A program made the position numbers and the translations under genes. From Thermoproteota archaeon (GTDB taxonomy: Archaea; Asgardarchaeota; Njordarchaeia; Njordarchaeales; Panguiarchaeaceae): DNA of 64,000 bases. Location: the NCBI GenBank assembly GCA_024720975.1, contig JANJXX010000001.1, positions 159,408 to 223,407 on the forward strand. The letters are read 5' to 3'. The notes under the pieces were generated by a model. That model was given only the letters and a program-made list of their open reading frames with translations, did not search any database and was not told the origin of the DNA. Positions 21,501 to 30,562 of the stretch are shown piece by piece (position 1 is the first letter of the stretch; each line of letters begins with the position of its first letter).

Positions 21501-22398
21501 TTGCCTTCTTTATAGCTAGCCAGATGGGGCAATTGTATATTCCTCCACCTCCAAGAGACATGTTTATAACATCAGCTTCATCACCAGTATTTGGTTGGTA
21601 ATCTGGACCAAGTGCGGACCATTCAATTGCAGCAATTATGGCGGCTAAAGTTGCCCCACCAGTTCTTGGGAAGACTCTTGCATTCATTAAGAGTGCATTT
21701 GGTGCCATCCCCTGTCCACGTGGGTCGAGACCTTTTCCAGCAATGATACCAGCACATGCTGTTCCGTGGCCATTCTCGTCGCTAGGTGATGGTACGTCAG
21801 AGCTATAACCGTAGTAAGTAAGCACGAAAGATTTTTCAGCTACCACCTTACCCGACAGCTCAGGGTGGTCTTTGTTTATGCCTGTATCAATAACAGCTAC
21901 TTTGATGTTTTCCCCTTTATAATTGCGCTCCCAAAACAGGTTAGCCCCCGTTAGATATGCTGTATGATTAGTCGTAGGTGCCACTTGGGCGGGTACTACG
22001 AAGTATTTTGGCAGGGAGTACAATCTATTTGCATAGACCCCATTTATTGCACCAGAGGACCTTTTTGCAATTTCTAGTAGACCGTAGAACTCTCCTTCAA
22101 CGAACAATGCTGGTATGAGTTTATACTTATGCAGTACCTTATAGCCGCTTGACATGAGTTGTTGTTCTAACAGCCTCTGCGCTTCGAAGTTCTCTAGAAC
22201 TACTAGGAATTGCGTCTGAGGTTTTTCTGCTCTTAGTAGCAGGGGATCTACGTAGAAGGCTAACGATCTCGTGATATCAGACGCAATCAGTTCTTTTCCT
22301 TGGTCGTTTGGAATATTTTTATAATACCAACCAAAGACGCTTGAGTAACCCATCAGGATTAGTACGATAAGGAGAATTACATACGGCCTCTTTAACAT
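18592..22398 (-). CDS. Membrane-anchored S8 subtilisin-like serine protease with DUF4350/GATase-like domain and Ig-like repeats
   Basis: Catalytic D (VIDTG), H (HGTACAG), oxyanion N (AAGNEG), S (GTSFSSP). Signal peptide, prodomain, RVLLDLKH..DGGSL domain, two DxxxP-led Ig-like repeats, C-terminal TM plus KKPRK. Confidence 0.9.
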   Translation of the reverse strand: MLKRPYVILLIVLILMGYSSVFGWYYKNIPNDQGKELIASDITRSLAFYVDPLLLRAEKPQTQFLVVLENFEAQRLLEQQLMSSGYKVLHKYKLIPALFVEGEFYGLLEIAKRSSGAINGVYANRLYSLPKYFVVPAQVAPTTNHTAYLTGANLFWERNYKGENIKVAVIDTGINKDHPELSGKVVAEKSFVLTYYGYSSDVPSPSDENGHGTACAGIIAGKGLDPRGQGMAPNALLMNARVFPRTGGATLAAIIAAIEWSALGPDYQPNTGDEADVINMSLGGGGIYNCPIWLAIKKATELGVVVCIAAGNEGDNQIGSMSVGNPGDAPWAITVGATDPYYSGLDYVGSGALRNEYTSVGPTILYAVKPDIAAPSGTLVLSLEGGYTGTAWHGTSFSSPHVAGFAALLVDYLRKHNVSKPDMPWIVKTVLMVTAIPLNGTYASQKVKYEDLIVGAGAVSMRNALNLLENSAISGSDYPQWIYILPTKVPVGISNSTAELHKSYFPYFDKVFNRQTIFMNFTIITSRPTTMNISFYGNFTNALIMHSSTSLSVDEPSKCWEFNFTVREDTPEGFYNGEIIFRDTTYNLEKRIPISFLVEKPKLRVLLDLKHTDWSTDIKYGQFRLLFANWEKLGASIDTLPFGFGTKLSSEILSKYDLLFMPDTVSAVPIFDEIGRIPGYEFQTTRIWWEEILSIYKFIKDGGSLITFALDAFYHNITNINELLKPTGSYLYNLSWDGAIAVVSAETEGNHIIIKDVLNLPYYGILVYKGFPSEAFLKYSDYKLAIIHQGFAGGYVMALGSNFMFDNWAFCGQYPGSQYVPTFAKNIIEMAANWSKILDEIRIVNAEYIKYGSSTIFIDKSLTSLNLTTKNSTSLMSVTWELSAGDKNLTGEFTYDPISGQWTTTIDISTITTSQLMIKVKASFEVSGTTYYVVRAGTIMRDFSPPTTILEPDNIVIGPNASVKTSLKLLDDTAVNITSLYLALNISEYSIKTSMIDMFSYKLDIEIPNSLIMQMYSSGYKVISVTISVRVEDLFGKLGQEEKILKVYIDDEPPTITILAPTEGEYLRGTIGISVRASDALSGVSSISLYVNNYHRQTIAASQYMFKLDTTKYPDGAHVISIKSTDNVGNIGWKNITVYFDNTAPKITIQGITNGSILRGNVTFNVSISDNMLIQNVTVYIDGTVLAKTTESKLTIQLDTTTYKNGKYIVKVEAHDKAGNKGIAIVQVTINNVYPIPAHIIAIAAAAVVAVAALVMLKILKKPRKPAS

Positions 22399-22563
22399 AG
22401 GACTCCCCACGATTGCTGCTATTGGATTATTTGAGAAATTAGGATTATATATAAGCTTCTAGGGCTAGACCTATTCTATGGTTCCTAATTAGTTAGAAAG
22501 TTTCATCTTAAACAAAAAAGAAAGCCAATCAAAAAAGTTTAAGAGCTGTTACTTACGTATTCT

Positions 22564-23454
22564 CTATACACGTACTAGTCTGAGCCTTCTTTTCCCGCGA
22601 TAAAACTTATAAGTATATGCGATTGCTATCATTGCTGCTATTACTGAAGCCACTGTGTAATAGAAAATGTTGTGTGGAATTATTTTTGTATCAGTAATCC
22701 TCGCTAATATCTCAAATGATTCCGTGGCGGAGTACTCCCAGTAGATTCTAAGGTAACCTACAAAACCGTACTCCTTGTCAATAGTGAAGTCTATTTCAAC
22801 CATGCTTGCTTCTACAACTATGTTCTCAGTTGTGTTAAGGTATTTTGCTGGAAGAAACATCTCTACGTAGTATACATCCCGATATGTTCCCAAAACTATA
22901 TCCCAGCTAGAATAGATTATCCCGCACTCCTTCTTGACCAAGCCAAACTGTATCGTCATGAAATCCTTTAGCCAGACAGTAAAACCACTCCTTGGGGAGT
23001 TTAAGAATAGGAGAGGCGTAACAGGGAAGGATGCGTTAAATCCCCATTTGAGATTACCTAATAAGTAGCGATAGTCGGTGCTTGAAAATTCCACCGTTGC
23101 ATAAGAAGACTCACCAATCCCTTGTTGTATTCTATCTGAAGTATCTTGTGCTGTATATTTTGATTTCACCACATGAGTGTAGTTCATTACATACTTATAC
23201 TCAAGCATAAACTTTCCATCAAGCGGTTTGACTGTTATTATTTCTAGGCGGAGAGATCCCTCCCAGAGCAGCTCTTTTAAAGCTCTTATACCAACTTGTA
23301 CTCCTTTTAGGTATCTCCAGAGTGCAATACTCCACTCAAAGTACGAGTCGGGCTTGAATATTACTGATTCACACATACTTCCCGTGGGCGACAACGCAAG
23401 CAATAATAGAAATATTATTGTTACCGTGCATACTCTCTTAACGCGGCCGGACAT
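22564..23454 (-). CDS. Secreted, C-terminally anchored hypothetical protein
   Basis: N-terminal signal-like segment, beta-rich body, C-terminal TM followed by RGKRR. Confidence 0.75.
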   Translation of the reverse strand: MSGRVKRVCTVTIIFLLLLALSPTGSMCESVIFKPDSYFEWSIALWRYLKGVQVGIRALKELLWEGSLRLEIITVKPLDGKFMLEYKYVMNYTHVVKSKYTAQDTSDRIQQGIGESSYATVEFSSTDYRYLLGNLKWGFNASFPVTPLLFLNSPRSGFTVWLKDFMTIQFGLVKKECGIIYSSWDIVLGTYRDVYYVEMFLPAKYLNTTENIVVEASMVEIDFTIDKEYGFVGYLRIYWEYSATESFEILARITDTKIIPHNIFYYTVASVIAAMIAIAYTYKFYRGKRRLRLVRV

Positions 23455-23465
23455 TTTTATCCCGC

Positions 23466-24500
23466 TTAGTATCTAACGCGAGGATCTAGTAGTGCATATG
23501 ATATGTCAGCTATTATATTTGCAAATATTGTTGCTAGGGCTATGAAATAAAACGTAGCCTCAACTAGTGGATAGTCGAGCTGTATAATTGCCTGGAAAAG
23601 TAAGTAGCCAATGCCTGGAATTACAAATATTGTCTCTGTTATCACTGCACCGGTCCATACAAAAGCTAATGCTAAAATAACTCCTGTCACTACCGGAAGT
23701 ATAGCATTTCTGAAGGCGTGTTTGTACAGGATTGTAGCTTCATCTAGACCCTTAGCCTTTGCCGTCAGTATGTAATCCTCTCCCATAACTTCCATTAAGC
23801 TATTCCTCATAAGAAGCATCCATCCTGCGAAGCCAGCTATGACCAAAGTCATAATTGGTAGAATTAACATGAAGAACATATCCAAAGCATTTATGAGAAT
23901 ATCACTTGTGGACTTACCATAGTAAAATAACCCACCGGCAGCAGGCCAGATAGTCCAATTGACGGTAAACAGTAGCTTGAAGATCAACTGCAACCAAAAT
24001 GTAGGTATGGAATATAACATCAACGCCACGGCCATCATTATTACATCAAACTTGCCACCAGGTCTCGCACCTAGTCTGGCACCGATCGCGATTCCTATCC
24101 CTATGGCTATCAGCGTTTCTGGCAGTATTAGATACACCGAGACTGGAATACGTGCTGCTAGAATTTCCACTATTGGTCGTCCTGAGTATAAGAACAGGTC
24201 CTCGCCAAGATTAAATGTGAACATATTAATCATGTACATTATTAGGTGATCCAACCAAACGCCAATAGGTGCATGAAGGCTTGGAATTCTCCAACGCTGT
24301 TTAAAAGAAAGTAGCATAAATACCATTCTTTCAGCTGTGAAACTGCCTGCAGCGACACGGGAGTAAACATAGTACCAACTAGGGTCCGAACCCGTTACAA
24401 TTGATGGCAGTCTAAATAGAAACCAGTTGAAGATCATGACCACAATCAATGTTATCATACCAGTAACTACGCGTCTGGCTGCATATGATCCCAATCCCAA
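23466..24500 (-). CDS. oppB: Oligopeptide ABC transporter permease (OppB/DppB-like)
   Basis: SIPTFW, EDYILTAKAKGL, HAFRNA, ETIF..PGIG, LDPRVRY. Start reassigned to the TTG 6 nt after GGTG. Confidence 0.92.
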   Translation of the reverse strand: MGLGSYAARRVVTGMITLIVVMIFNWFLFRLPSIVTGSDPSWYYVYSRVAAGSFTAERMVFMLLSFKQRWRIPSLHAPIGVWLDHLIMYMINMFTFNLGEDLFLYSGRPIVEILAARIPVSVYLILPETLIAIGIGIAIGARLGARPGGKFDVIMMAVALMLYSIPTFWLQLIFKLLFTVNWTIWPAAGGLFYYGKSTSDILINALDMFFMLILPIMTLVIAGFAGWMLLMRNSLMEVMGEDYILTAKAKGLDEATILYKHAFRNAILPVVTGVILALAFVWTGAVITETIFVIPGIGYLLFQAIIQLDYPLVEATFYFIALATIFANIIADISYALLDPRVRY

Positions 24501-24683
24501 GGATGACACCTAATGGCCAAATGGCAAATCAGCAGGAATCACAATATAATGTTGACTATTTAGGTTATAAAGGATTATGCGATACGCCGCCTTTAGTTTG
24601 GTCAAAAACTTAAAGAAGTTTTTTTGAGCATCAGCATTCAATTTATTATCATATAAAAAATCTAAAAACAGATAATACTGCCA

Positions 24684-25934
24684 CTATCTGGTAGGTCTAA
24701 ATAGTGAGAGAGCCTGTGCTATTATTAAGATTGCTAATAATTTTGCTGAGAATGTTGTGCTAAATATCCCTCCTGCTTCCTCGATTTCTATAGCTATTGA
24801 TTCCACCGCAAATCCAAATCCATGCACAAGGAACAAGTACATTAGCGCGATAATTATGAAAGCGAGTATAGAGAGTTTCAGACCCATTAAGCGATGCCAC
24901 TCAGTTACAATTGGCAGCATCTTATGCCTCCGCGCTAGTTCATCGTCCGGCAGTGTAAGGGAGATAAATGGTGTCGCCAACATTAGATATTTCGATGGGA
25001 GAGATTTCGCACCTAAAGTAAATACCACATAGCTCCAAGCAGCCAATATCAAAATCATGAGTAAAATGCCCATCGGAGGTAACATTGACACTATGTGTGG
25101 AATATCACTTACGTTCACAACAATTACTGATAACGGAGACCATATGTAATAACGCATCTTAAAAACGCCCAGGAAGCCAGATGGAACTATAGACTCCGCT
25201 ATTGGTAAAGCAGCACATATTAATGATAACAAGGTCATATGACCGCGGAATCTCCACCAATTAGAAAGATTGTATTTCTCGACGAATACATACTTATCGA
25301 CCCACATAATTAAGTTGCTTATCACGCAGATGAACAGTAGTATTAAACCAACTCCCCAGTCGATATTGTAGTTGTAACTAGCGCATTTATACGTCGACAT
25401 CAAGCTTTTAGCTTGTCGCCATAGATCCACTTTAAAAGCACAAACGTTCGTTTCGCCTACTGGCAAAAGGTTGTTAGCATAAACATAAGCAACAAGAAGT
25501 GCTAGACCTAACAATGTGTTAAATAATTCCATCCGCCTATACATAGCTAGTACATGTTTAATTGGTTTAAACTCTACTAGCAACAGAAGTATATTTATTA
25601 TAACTAATGCGATTGCAAATAGACCAAATATAGTTATAAATCCTGCAAAGAGTACATCCAGTAAGTATACAGGATTCTTATTCAAGCCAGTAATGTCATA
25701 TAAGTCCACATGTGTCTCATTGTGGATTATTCCTATCGGATATACTCGAAACTGGAGGTAGCCCTCTATAGCGTTACTCTTGAGACTAGGCGGCACGAAA
25801 CTTACTGTCATTTGCGTCCATGGGAGCACTAAAGATGCCGAGAGCATTAATACAATGGCTATTCGATAAATAGCTAGCAGAGAGATTTCTCGACCTAGGA
25901 TCTTAACCATTCTCTTAGGTTTAACAGCTTGCAT
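24684..25934 (-). CDS. Hypothetical multi-pass membrane protein
   Basis: About 8 hydrophobic segments with extracellular loops. Lies between oppA and oppB. Confidence 0.7.
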   Translation of the reverse strand: MQAVKPKRMVKILGREISLLAIYRIAIVLMLSASLVLPWTQMTVSFVPPSLKSNAIEGYLQFRVYPIGIIHNETHVDLYDITGLNKNPVYLLDVLFAGFITIFGLFAIALVIINILLLLVEFKPIKHVLAMYRRMELFNTLLGLALLVAYVYANNLLPVGETNVCAFKVDLWRQAKSLMSTYKCASYNYNIDWGVGLILLFICVISNLIMWVDKYVFVEKYNLSNWWRFRGHMTLLSLICAALPIAESIVPSGFLGVFKMRYYIWSPLSVIVVNVSDIPHIVSMLPPMGILLMILILAAWSYVVFTLGAKSLPSKYLMLATPFISLTLPDDELARRHKMLPIVTEWHRLMGLKLSILAFIIIALMYLFLVHGFGFAVESIAIEIEEAGGIFSTTFSAKLLAILIIAQALSLFRPTR

Positions 25935-26059
25935 TATTATTCGCCCCCTATGTCACTGCAAATTATAGCTAAAACTAAAAGAGAAATTTAAAGCTGCGGC
26001 GGAGTCTAGTTTCTTATAGAACCTTAGTAATCTCTTGCCAGAAGTCTATGAGTCTCCTT

Positions 26060-26090
26060 AACAAAAAATAGAAAAAGGTCTAAAAAGATA
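26060..26090 (-). terminator. Putative oligo(T) terminator after oppA
   Basis: Clustered T-tracts on the minus strand (A-tracts on +) 25-50 nt after the stop. Confidence 0.4.
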
Positions 26091-26112
26091 AGGCAACCCT
26101 ACCTAGTTTTGT

Positions 26113-28134
26113 CTAGCCTGCAGGCTTCCTACGTATTAAGAATGCAACAGCTATCAATGCTATGTCTACGACTATTCCTGCAGCTATCCATAATGGAGCA
26201 TCTGGGGCGGTCAGTATTGATATTGTTATTGGACGAATAACGGGTGGGACACCTACTTTATATCCTATAGGTTTAACGGCTTTAAGCAACGTGTATGTGT
26301 TTGTTACCGGGGCTCCGGTAAGCTCTTCAAATACACCAACCCAACCATCGTCGCCAAACCTCTCAGCAGATCTATAAGCGCCGACTATTGTGTTCAGGTA
26401 AATCGGTATATCTGGATTCTCCCATACAAGGATTTGTTGCATTCTCCAAACTTTTTCGTAGATCCTTGATATGTTAGGCTCCTGGTAGAAGGACTCTTTC
26501 ACGAGCGTGTCAAACTCATCATTCTTCCACCCAGCATATCTTCCAATTGTTCCCCAACTAGCAAATCCCTCCAGAATTGTCGGCAGTCTTCCTAGACCAT
26601 ACCCAAAGAACATTAATTGGAATGCTCCTGTAGCTCTTAGTGACAACAATGTTCTAAAGTCTACGAATCTGGTTGTAACTTTGAAGCCACATGCTTCAAG
26701 CGATCTTGCTAATGTTGTGACTATGTCACGCACATCCTTTGTGTCTGTACCTATCATTTCAACTGTTACATCGGTACCGTCTTGATAGTCTAGATATGGG
26801 TCCTCATCCCAGAAGCTGATGTTCAGTTTTGCCAGCTCTTCTAGAGCCTTAGGCTTATTTGAGTCGAAGTATGACACGTTCTTCCTAAACTCTGCAGGAA
26901 CCTCGGGATGTTCAATACTCCAGCGACCCATTGACTTTGGTACTGGTGAGTCTAGGGGTTCAGCGTATCCAGCCCAGACTGTTTGACAGACTGCCCTCTT
27001 GTCGAATGCATATGCTATTGCCCTTCTAAATTCTGCTTTTTTAAATGGATCTGTTCTACAGTTAATAAGAACATGACCAAATCCCAGACGTGGAGCGTAT
27101 GCTAATGTTAGGTTTGCACGAGTAAACTCGCTGTGATAGCGTCCGAATCCAAAGTCTGCAGCCATGTCGATCTCTCCTTTAATCAGTGCGGTTGCTACAT
27201 CTGCTGTTTCGATTATGACTCTGTACTTTAGCTTCTTGATATATGGACCTCTCAGCGCATCTACGCCTTTTTCATCAACGTACTCTTTAGTTAGTGGACG
27301 CCAGGGTTCTACAACTTTCCCATCAACTATGGCTCCCATGAAATACTTTTCATTTCTTTCAAATTCAAATAGCGTTACCTCTGTGCACATAGCTCCTTCT
27401 GGATACCACCTTACTAACTTGAATGCTCCGTAACCTGTTAATATTGGATCAGTTGGACTTTTGGCTCTGTACTCAAGAACATCACTTTGAGTTAAGGTCC
27501 AGTTGGGGAATGTTTCAGCCTTCTCCGGAAAGCCCCAAGCACTCGCTTGTTCATAAATGTGCTTGGGGAATACTAGTATCAGTGCGTACCTAGCACTAAT
27601 GTAACCCATAGTATTTAAGAACACCTTTACTGTGAAATTATCCACCTTTGTGGCATTTATAAGTATCCTTGCTAACTCTAACCATGCTTCGCTATATTCA
27701 CCCAGCCACTTGATGAAGTCATAAGTGAACACAACATCGTCAGCAGTTAGTTGTTTTCCATCGAAGAAATATATATTATCTCTAAACTTGAAGGTCCAAT
27801 AGCTAATGTTCTGCTCGGATATGACAGTCCATGTTGGTTTTTCTGCGAGCATCCATGGGAAGTCTGCTTCTATGTCGAAGTAATTAAATGGATTTGGGAT
27901 TGTGAATCCATCGAAGATGAGGCCTAAAACATCCCAGTCATATGCTGTTACTGTCGAAGTTGGATTTAAGCTATCTACATAGTAGCCGAGTGCTAGTGTC
28001 ATTTCGGAGTCTGGGTTGGGTGTAATTTGTCCCTGCATTGTCGTAACGGTGTTTGGTTTGGCACCTATTGATGCGATAGCAAGCGACAGGGAGAACAAGA
28101 TTGCTAGGGATATTGCGATCAAGCTCTTTTTCAT
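26113..28134 (-). CDS. oppA: ABC transporter substrate-binding protein, family 5 (OppA/DppA-like), C-terminally anchored
   Basis: LNP, TFKFRDNIYFFDGKQLTADDVVFT signature, GYGAFKL, FRRAIAYAFDK; signal peptide and C-terminal TM. Confidence 0.9.
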   Translation of the reverse strand: MKKSLIAISLAILFSLSLAIASIGAKPNTVTTMQGQITPNPDSEMTLALGYYVDSLNPTSTVTAYDWDVLGLIFDGFTIPNPFNYFDIEADFPWMLAEKPTWTVISEQNISYWTFKFRDNIYFFDGKQLTADDVVFTYDFIKWLGEYSEAWLELARILINATKVDNFTVKVFLNTMGYISARYALILVFPKHIYEQASAWGFPEKAETFPNWTLTQSDVLEYRAKSPTDPILTGYGAFKLVRWYPEGAMCTEVTLFEFERNEKYFMGAIVDGKVVEPWRPLTKEYVDEKGVDALRGPYIKKLKYRVIIETADVATALIKGEIDMAADFGFGRYHSEFTRANLTLAYAPRLGFGHVLINCRTDPFKKAEFRRAIAYAFDKRAVCQTVWAGYAEPLDSPVPKSMGRWSIEHPEVPAEFRKNVSYFDSNKPKALEELAKLNISFWDEDPYLDYQDGTDVTVEMIGTDTKDVRDIVTTLARSLEACGFKVTTRFVDFRTLLSLRATGAFQLMFFGYGLGRLPTILEGFASWGTIGRYAGWKNDEFDTLVKESFYQEPNISRIYEKVWRMQQILVWENPDIPIYLNTIVGAYRSAERFGDDGWVGVFEELTGAPVTNTYTLLKAVKPIGYKVGVPPVIRPITISILTAPDAPLWIAAGIVVDIALIAVAFLIRRKPAG

Positions 28135-28171
28135 ACGTATCCCACCATGCAGCAGTTCTATAGTAACTAGG

Positions 28172-28190
28172 CTTATTTTATTTATAAATG
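28172..28190 (-). promoter_or_regulatory. Putative TATA box upstream of oppA
   Basis: TTTATAAA on the minus strand about 45 nt upstream of the ATG, ahead of a GGTGGG RBS. Confidence 0.4.
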
Positions 28191-28346
28191 ATAACCGCTC
28201 ACCAGCTAATATTAAAATTTTTGGACATGATCGTGGCGCTTCTCTGAGATTTCTGTAGTTGTGTGATTACTTCAGCTGTAAGTACAGAGAAAGCTTTGCT
28301 GTCTTCGGAATAAAGAAAAAAAGGTTTGGACAGTTAGCTTGGGGAT

Positions 28347-30386
28347 CTAGAACCTCCTCCTTCTTTTCGGATTGATTAACTCATCGTATGCATCGCTTAT
28401 TGCATAGAAGGCGTATGCGATTAGCATTAGTACCAATCCGGGGAAGAATAGCCAGTGAAATCTTTCCATCGCAAGTCCGCCGCCGCCTCCTGTTGCTGGT
28501 GATATACCGCTAGCCTCTTGGATCATTCTTCCTAGGGAATCCCATTTGGGTACAAGTACTCCCAGGAAAGTTAAGCCAGCTTCTGCTAGAATGTTTCCGA
28601 CGACACCCACCATTATGTACATTAGAACTAATGGCCATACTCCAGGTAGGATATGCTTCCTTATTACATAAAATGACGATGCACCAGATGCTTTCGCTGC
28701 TTCTACATATATGCTAGTTCTAAGTGCTAACACCTGTGATCTTATCGTTCGTGACATTCCAGCCCAGCCGAGTATTGATAGGACTATGATTATTGTCCAC
28801 AGCACATCTATTCCGATGTTATTGAAGATGAATGCTAAAACTAGGAGCAATGGAAATGTTGGTATTGACATGAAGAAGTCACAAATTCTCATTATCACCT
28901 CGTCTGTGCGGCCACCTTTATATCCGGCAACTAGGCCGAGTGAAACGCCAATAAATATGTTTGCAAATGCTGCAGTGAATCCCACGAACAGCGAGATTTT
29001 AAGTCCACTTATGATCATACTGAGAATATCCCTCCCTCTGTCATCTACGCCAAATACGCCATAGTACCTATCTTGTGCTTGTAGCTTAATGTCATCGAGC
29101 AATAACCGCAATACTAAAGGCTCTTTCATCATATTGCGGAGTTTTAGAGCATCCTCTGATGCGTATCTAAATTTCAGTATGAACTTAACTATGGTGATAT
29201 TGCCCCTCTGGAAGAAGTGCATATAGTAGTCCTTCTTGTTCATGAGCATTGTTGGCTCTGTTTCCCTCCCTATGTCGTAGCTCTCATTAACCCAGGTTTT
29301 TTCTATGGGTTTTTGCCTATACTGGATTAATCCTTCATGCGCATCTATTTCCACTTCAGGTATTACCACGCCATATTTTTCTCGAATATACTCCCTTAAC
29401 TCAGTCCCGTTAATTACTTTTCCTTTTACAGGATCCCAGAGTGACGTAATTATATATAGACCCGCATCTGCAATGCTAAACACTTCAGCGAGTTCTTCAA
29501 CTGCCCACGTAATTTCGACGTTTACGACTGCTTCTCCGGGTCCAGTGTTTAGTACACTAAACGCAATGTATTCTTTAGCTTTCACGTTTACTTCTACGTT
29601 TTGTCCACTGTAGCTTCTGGCTGGTTCGATATCACTGGTGATTGTTACGTTTAATGTTACAGGTGAACTTGCTTGTGCTTTAATAGTGAAAATCTTTGAG
29701 CTGCTGAGATACAGGTATATGTTGTCGCTAATGCTTCCCCCTTCTGAAATATTGCTGCTTAATTTATATATGGGAGGTACATAGAATTCGTATTTACGAG
29801 CAAACCACGCGTAGATCATATACGGAGGACCACGATACTCCCAGTGAATATTAAGGCAGAGACCTGCTGTCACGTATGAATAGTTTTCTGGCGGAAGTAT
29901 TCCAAGACTCTTACTAGTGTCATCGGTGATTTCTAAAACCGCTGCACCATCAGGAGTCTTAGCCCCAGTGCTTTTATCTATGTAGAGTTTATGCGAAAGA
30001 CTGGGCCATAGATATCCATTTGGGTTCACAAAATGTGGATAAACTACTCCGGTTGGGATTGATGGTATACTCGTCGGTGAAGTCTGTACATCGGAATCTT
30101 GGGAGAAATATGTCCTGACTACTTGTACGTCACCGCCTATTGACGTTGGGTCAAAAATTCTTGCCCATTCGGGATACGATAGTGGGGCATGCTTGAAGTC
30201 ATGAGGATGCGGTACTATCCATGGAGATAGAATAGAAAGTATCGTTAATGTAACTAAAATTGTGAATCCGAAAGATCCTCTTTTTATTTTGAAGAATTGC
30301 TTCACGACATATTTGCGTCTTTCTCTCCGGACTTTCTTATATCTCTCTAACATTTCCGTTACGGAAATTCTCTCGCTGCTCGACAT
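28347..30386 (-). CDS. oppC: Oligopeptide ABC transporter permease (OppC/DppC-like) with large extracytoplasmic insertion
   Basis: FGVDDRGRDIL, AGYKGG, YVEAAKASGAS EAA motif, EAGLTFLG. About 370 aa inserted after the first TM. Start reassigned to the ATG 6 nt after GGTG. Confidence 0.9.
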   Translation of the reverse strand: MSSSERISVTEMLERYKKVRRERRKYVVKQFFKIKRGSFGFTILVTLTILSILSPWIVPHPHDFKHAPLSYPEWARIFDPTSIGGDVQVVRTYFSQDSDVQTSPTSIPSIPTGVVYPHFVNPNGYLWPSLSHKLYIDKSTGAKTPDGAAVLEITDDTSKSLGILPPENYSYVTAGLCLNIHWEYRGPPYMIYAWFARKYEFYVPPIYKLSSNISEGGSISDNIYLYLSSSKIFTIKAQASSPVTLNVTITSDIEPARSYSGQNVEVNVKAKEYIAFSVLNTGPGEAVVNVEITWAVEELAEVFSIADAGLYIITSLWDPVKGKVINGTELREYIREKYGVVIPEVEIDAHEGLIQYRQKPIEKTWVNESYDIGRETEPTMLMNKKDYYMHFFQRGNITIVKFILKFRYASEDALKLRNMMKEPLVLRLLLDDIKLQAQDRYYGVFGVDDRGRDILSMIISGLKISLFVGFTAAFANIFIGVSLGLVAGYKGGRTDEVIMRICDFFMSIPTFPLLLVLAFIFNNIGIDVLWTIIIVLSILGWAGMSRTIRSQVLALRTSIYVEAAKASGASSFYVIRKHILPGVWPLVLMYIMVGVVGNILAEAGLTFLGVLVPKWDSLGRMIQEASGISPATGGGGGLAMERFHWLFFPGLVLMLIAYAFYAISDAYDELINPKRRRRF

Positions 30387-30562
30387 TTCTGACACCAAGA
30401 TAGTGGTTGAATTAAATCCAAAACCTAGAAGTCTATAAATACTCAAAATCCTATTTAATAGCTTCTTTGTTTTGAAAGCTCAATTGATAGGAACCAAAGC
30501 TGCCTACTACACCACAGGAGTATTAAATACCTTTTTGGTGCCCCTCTTATTGGTGAAGACTT

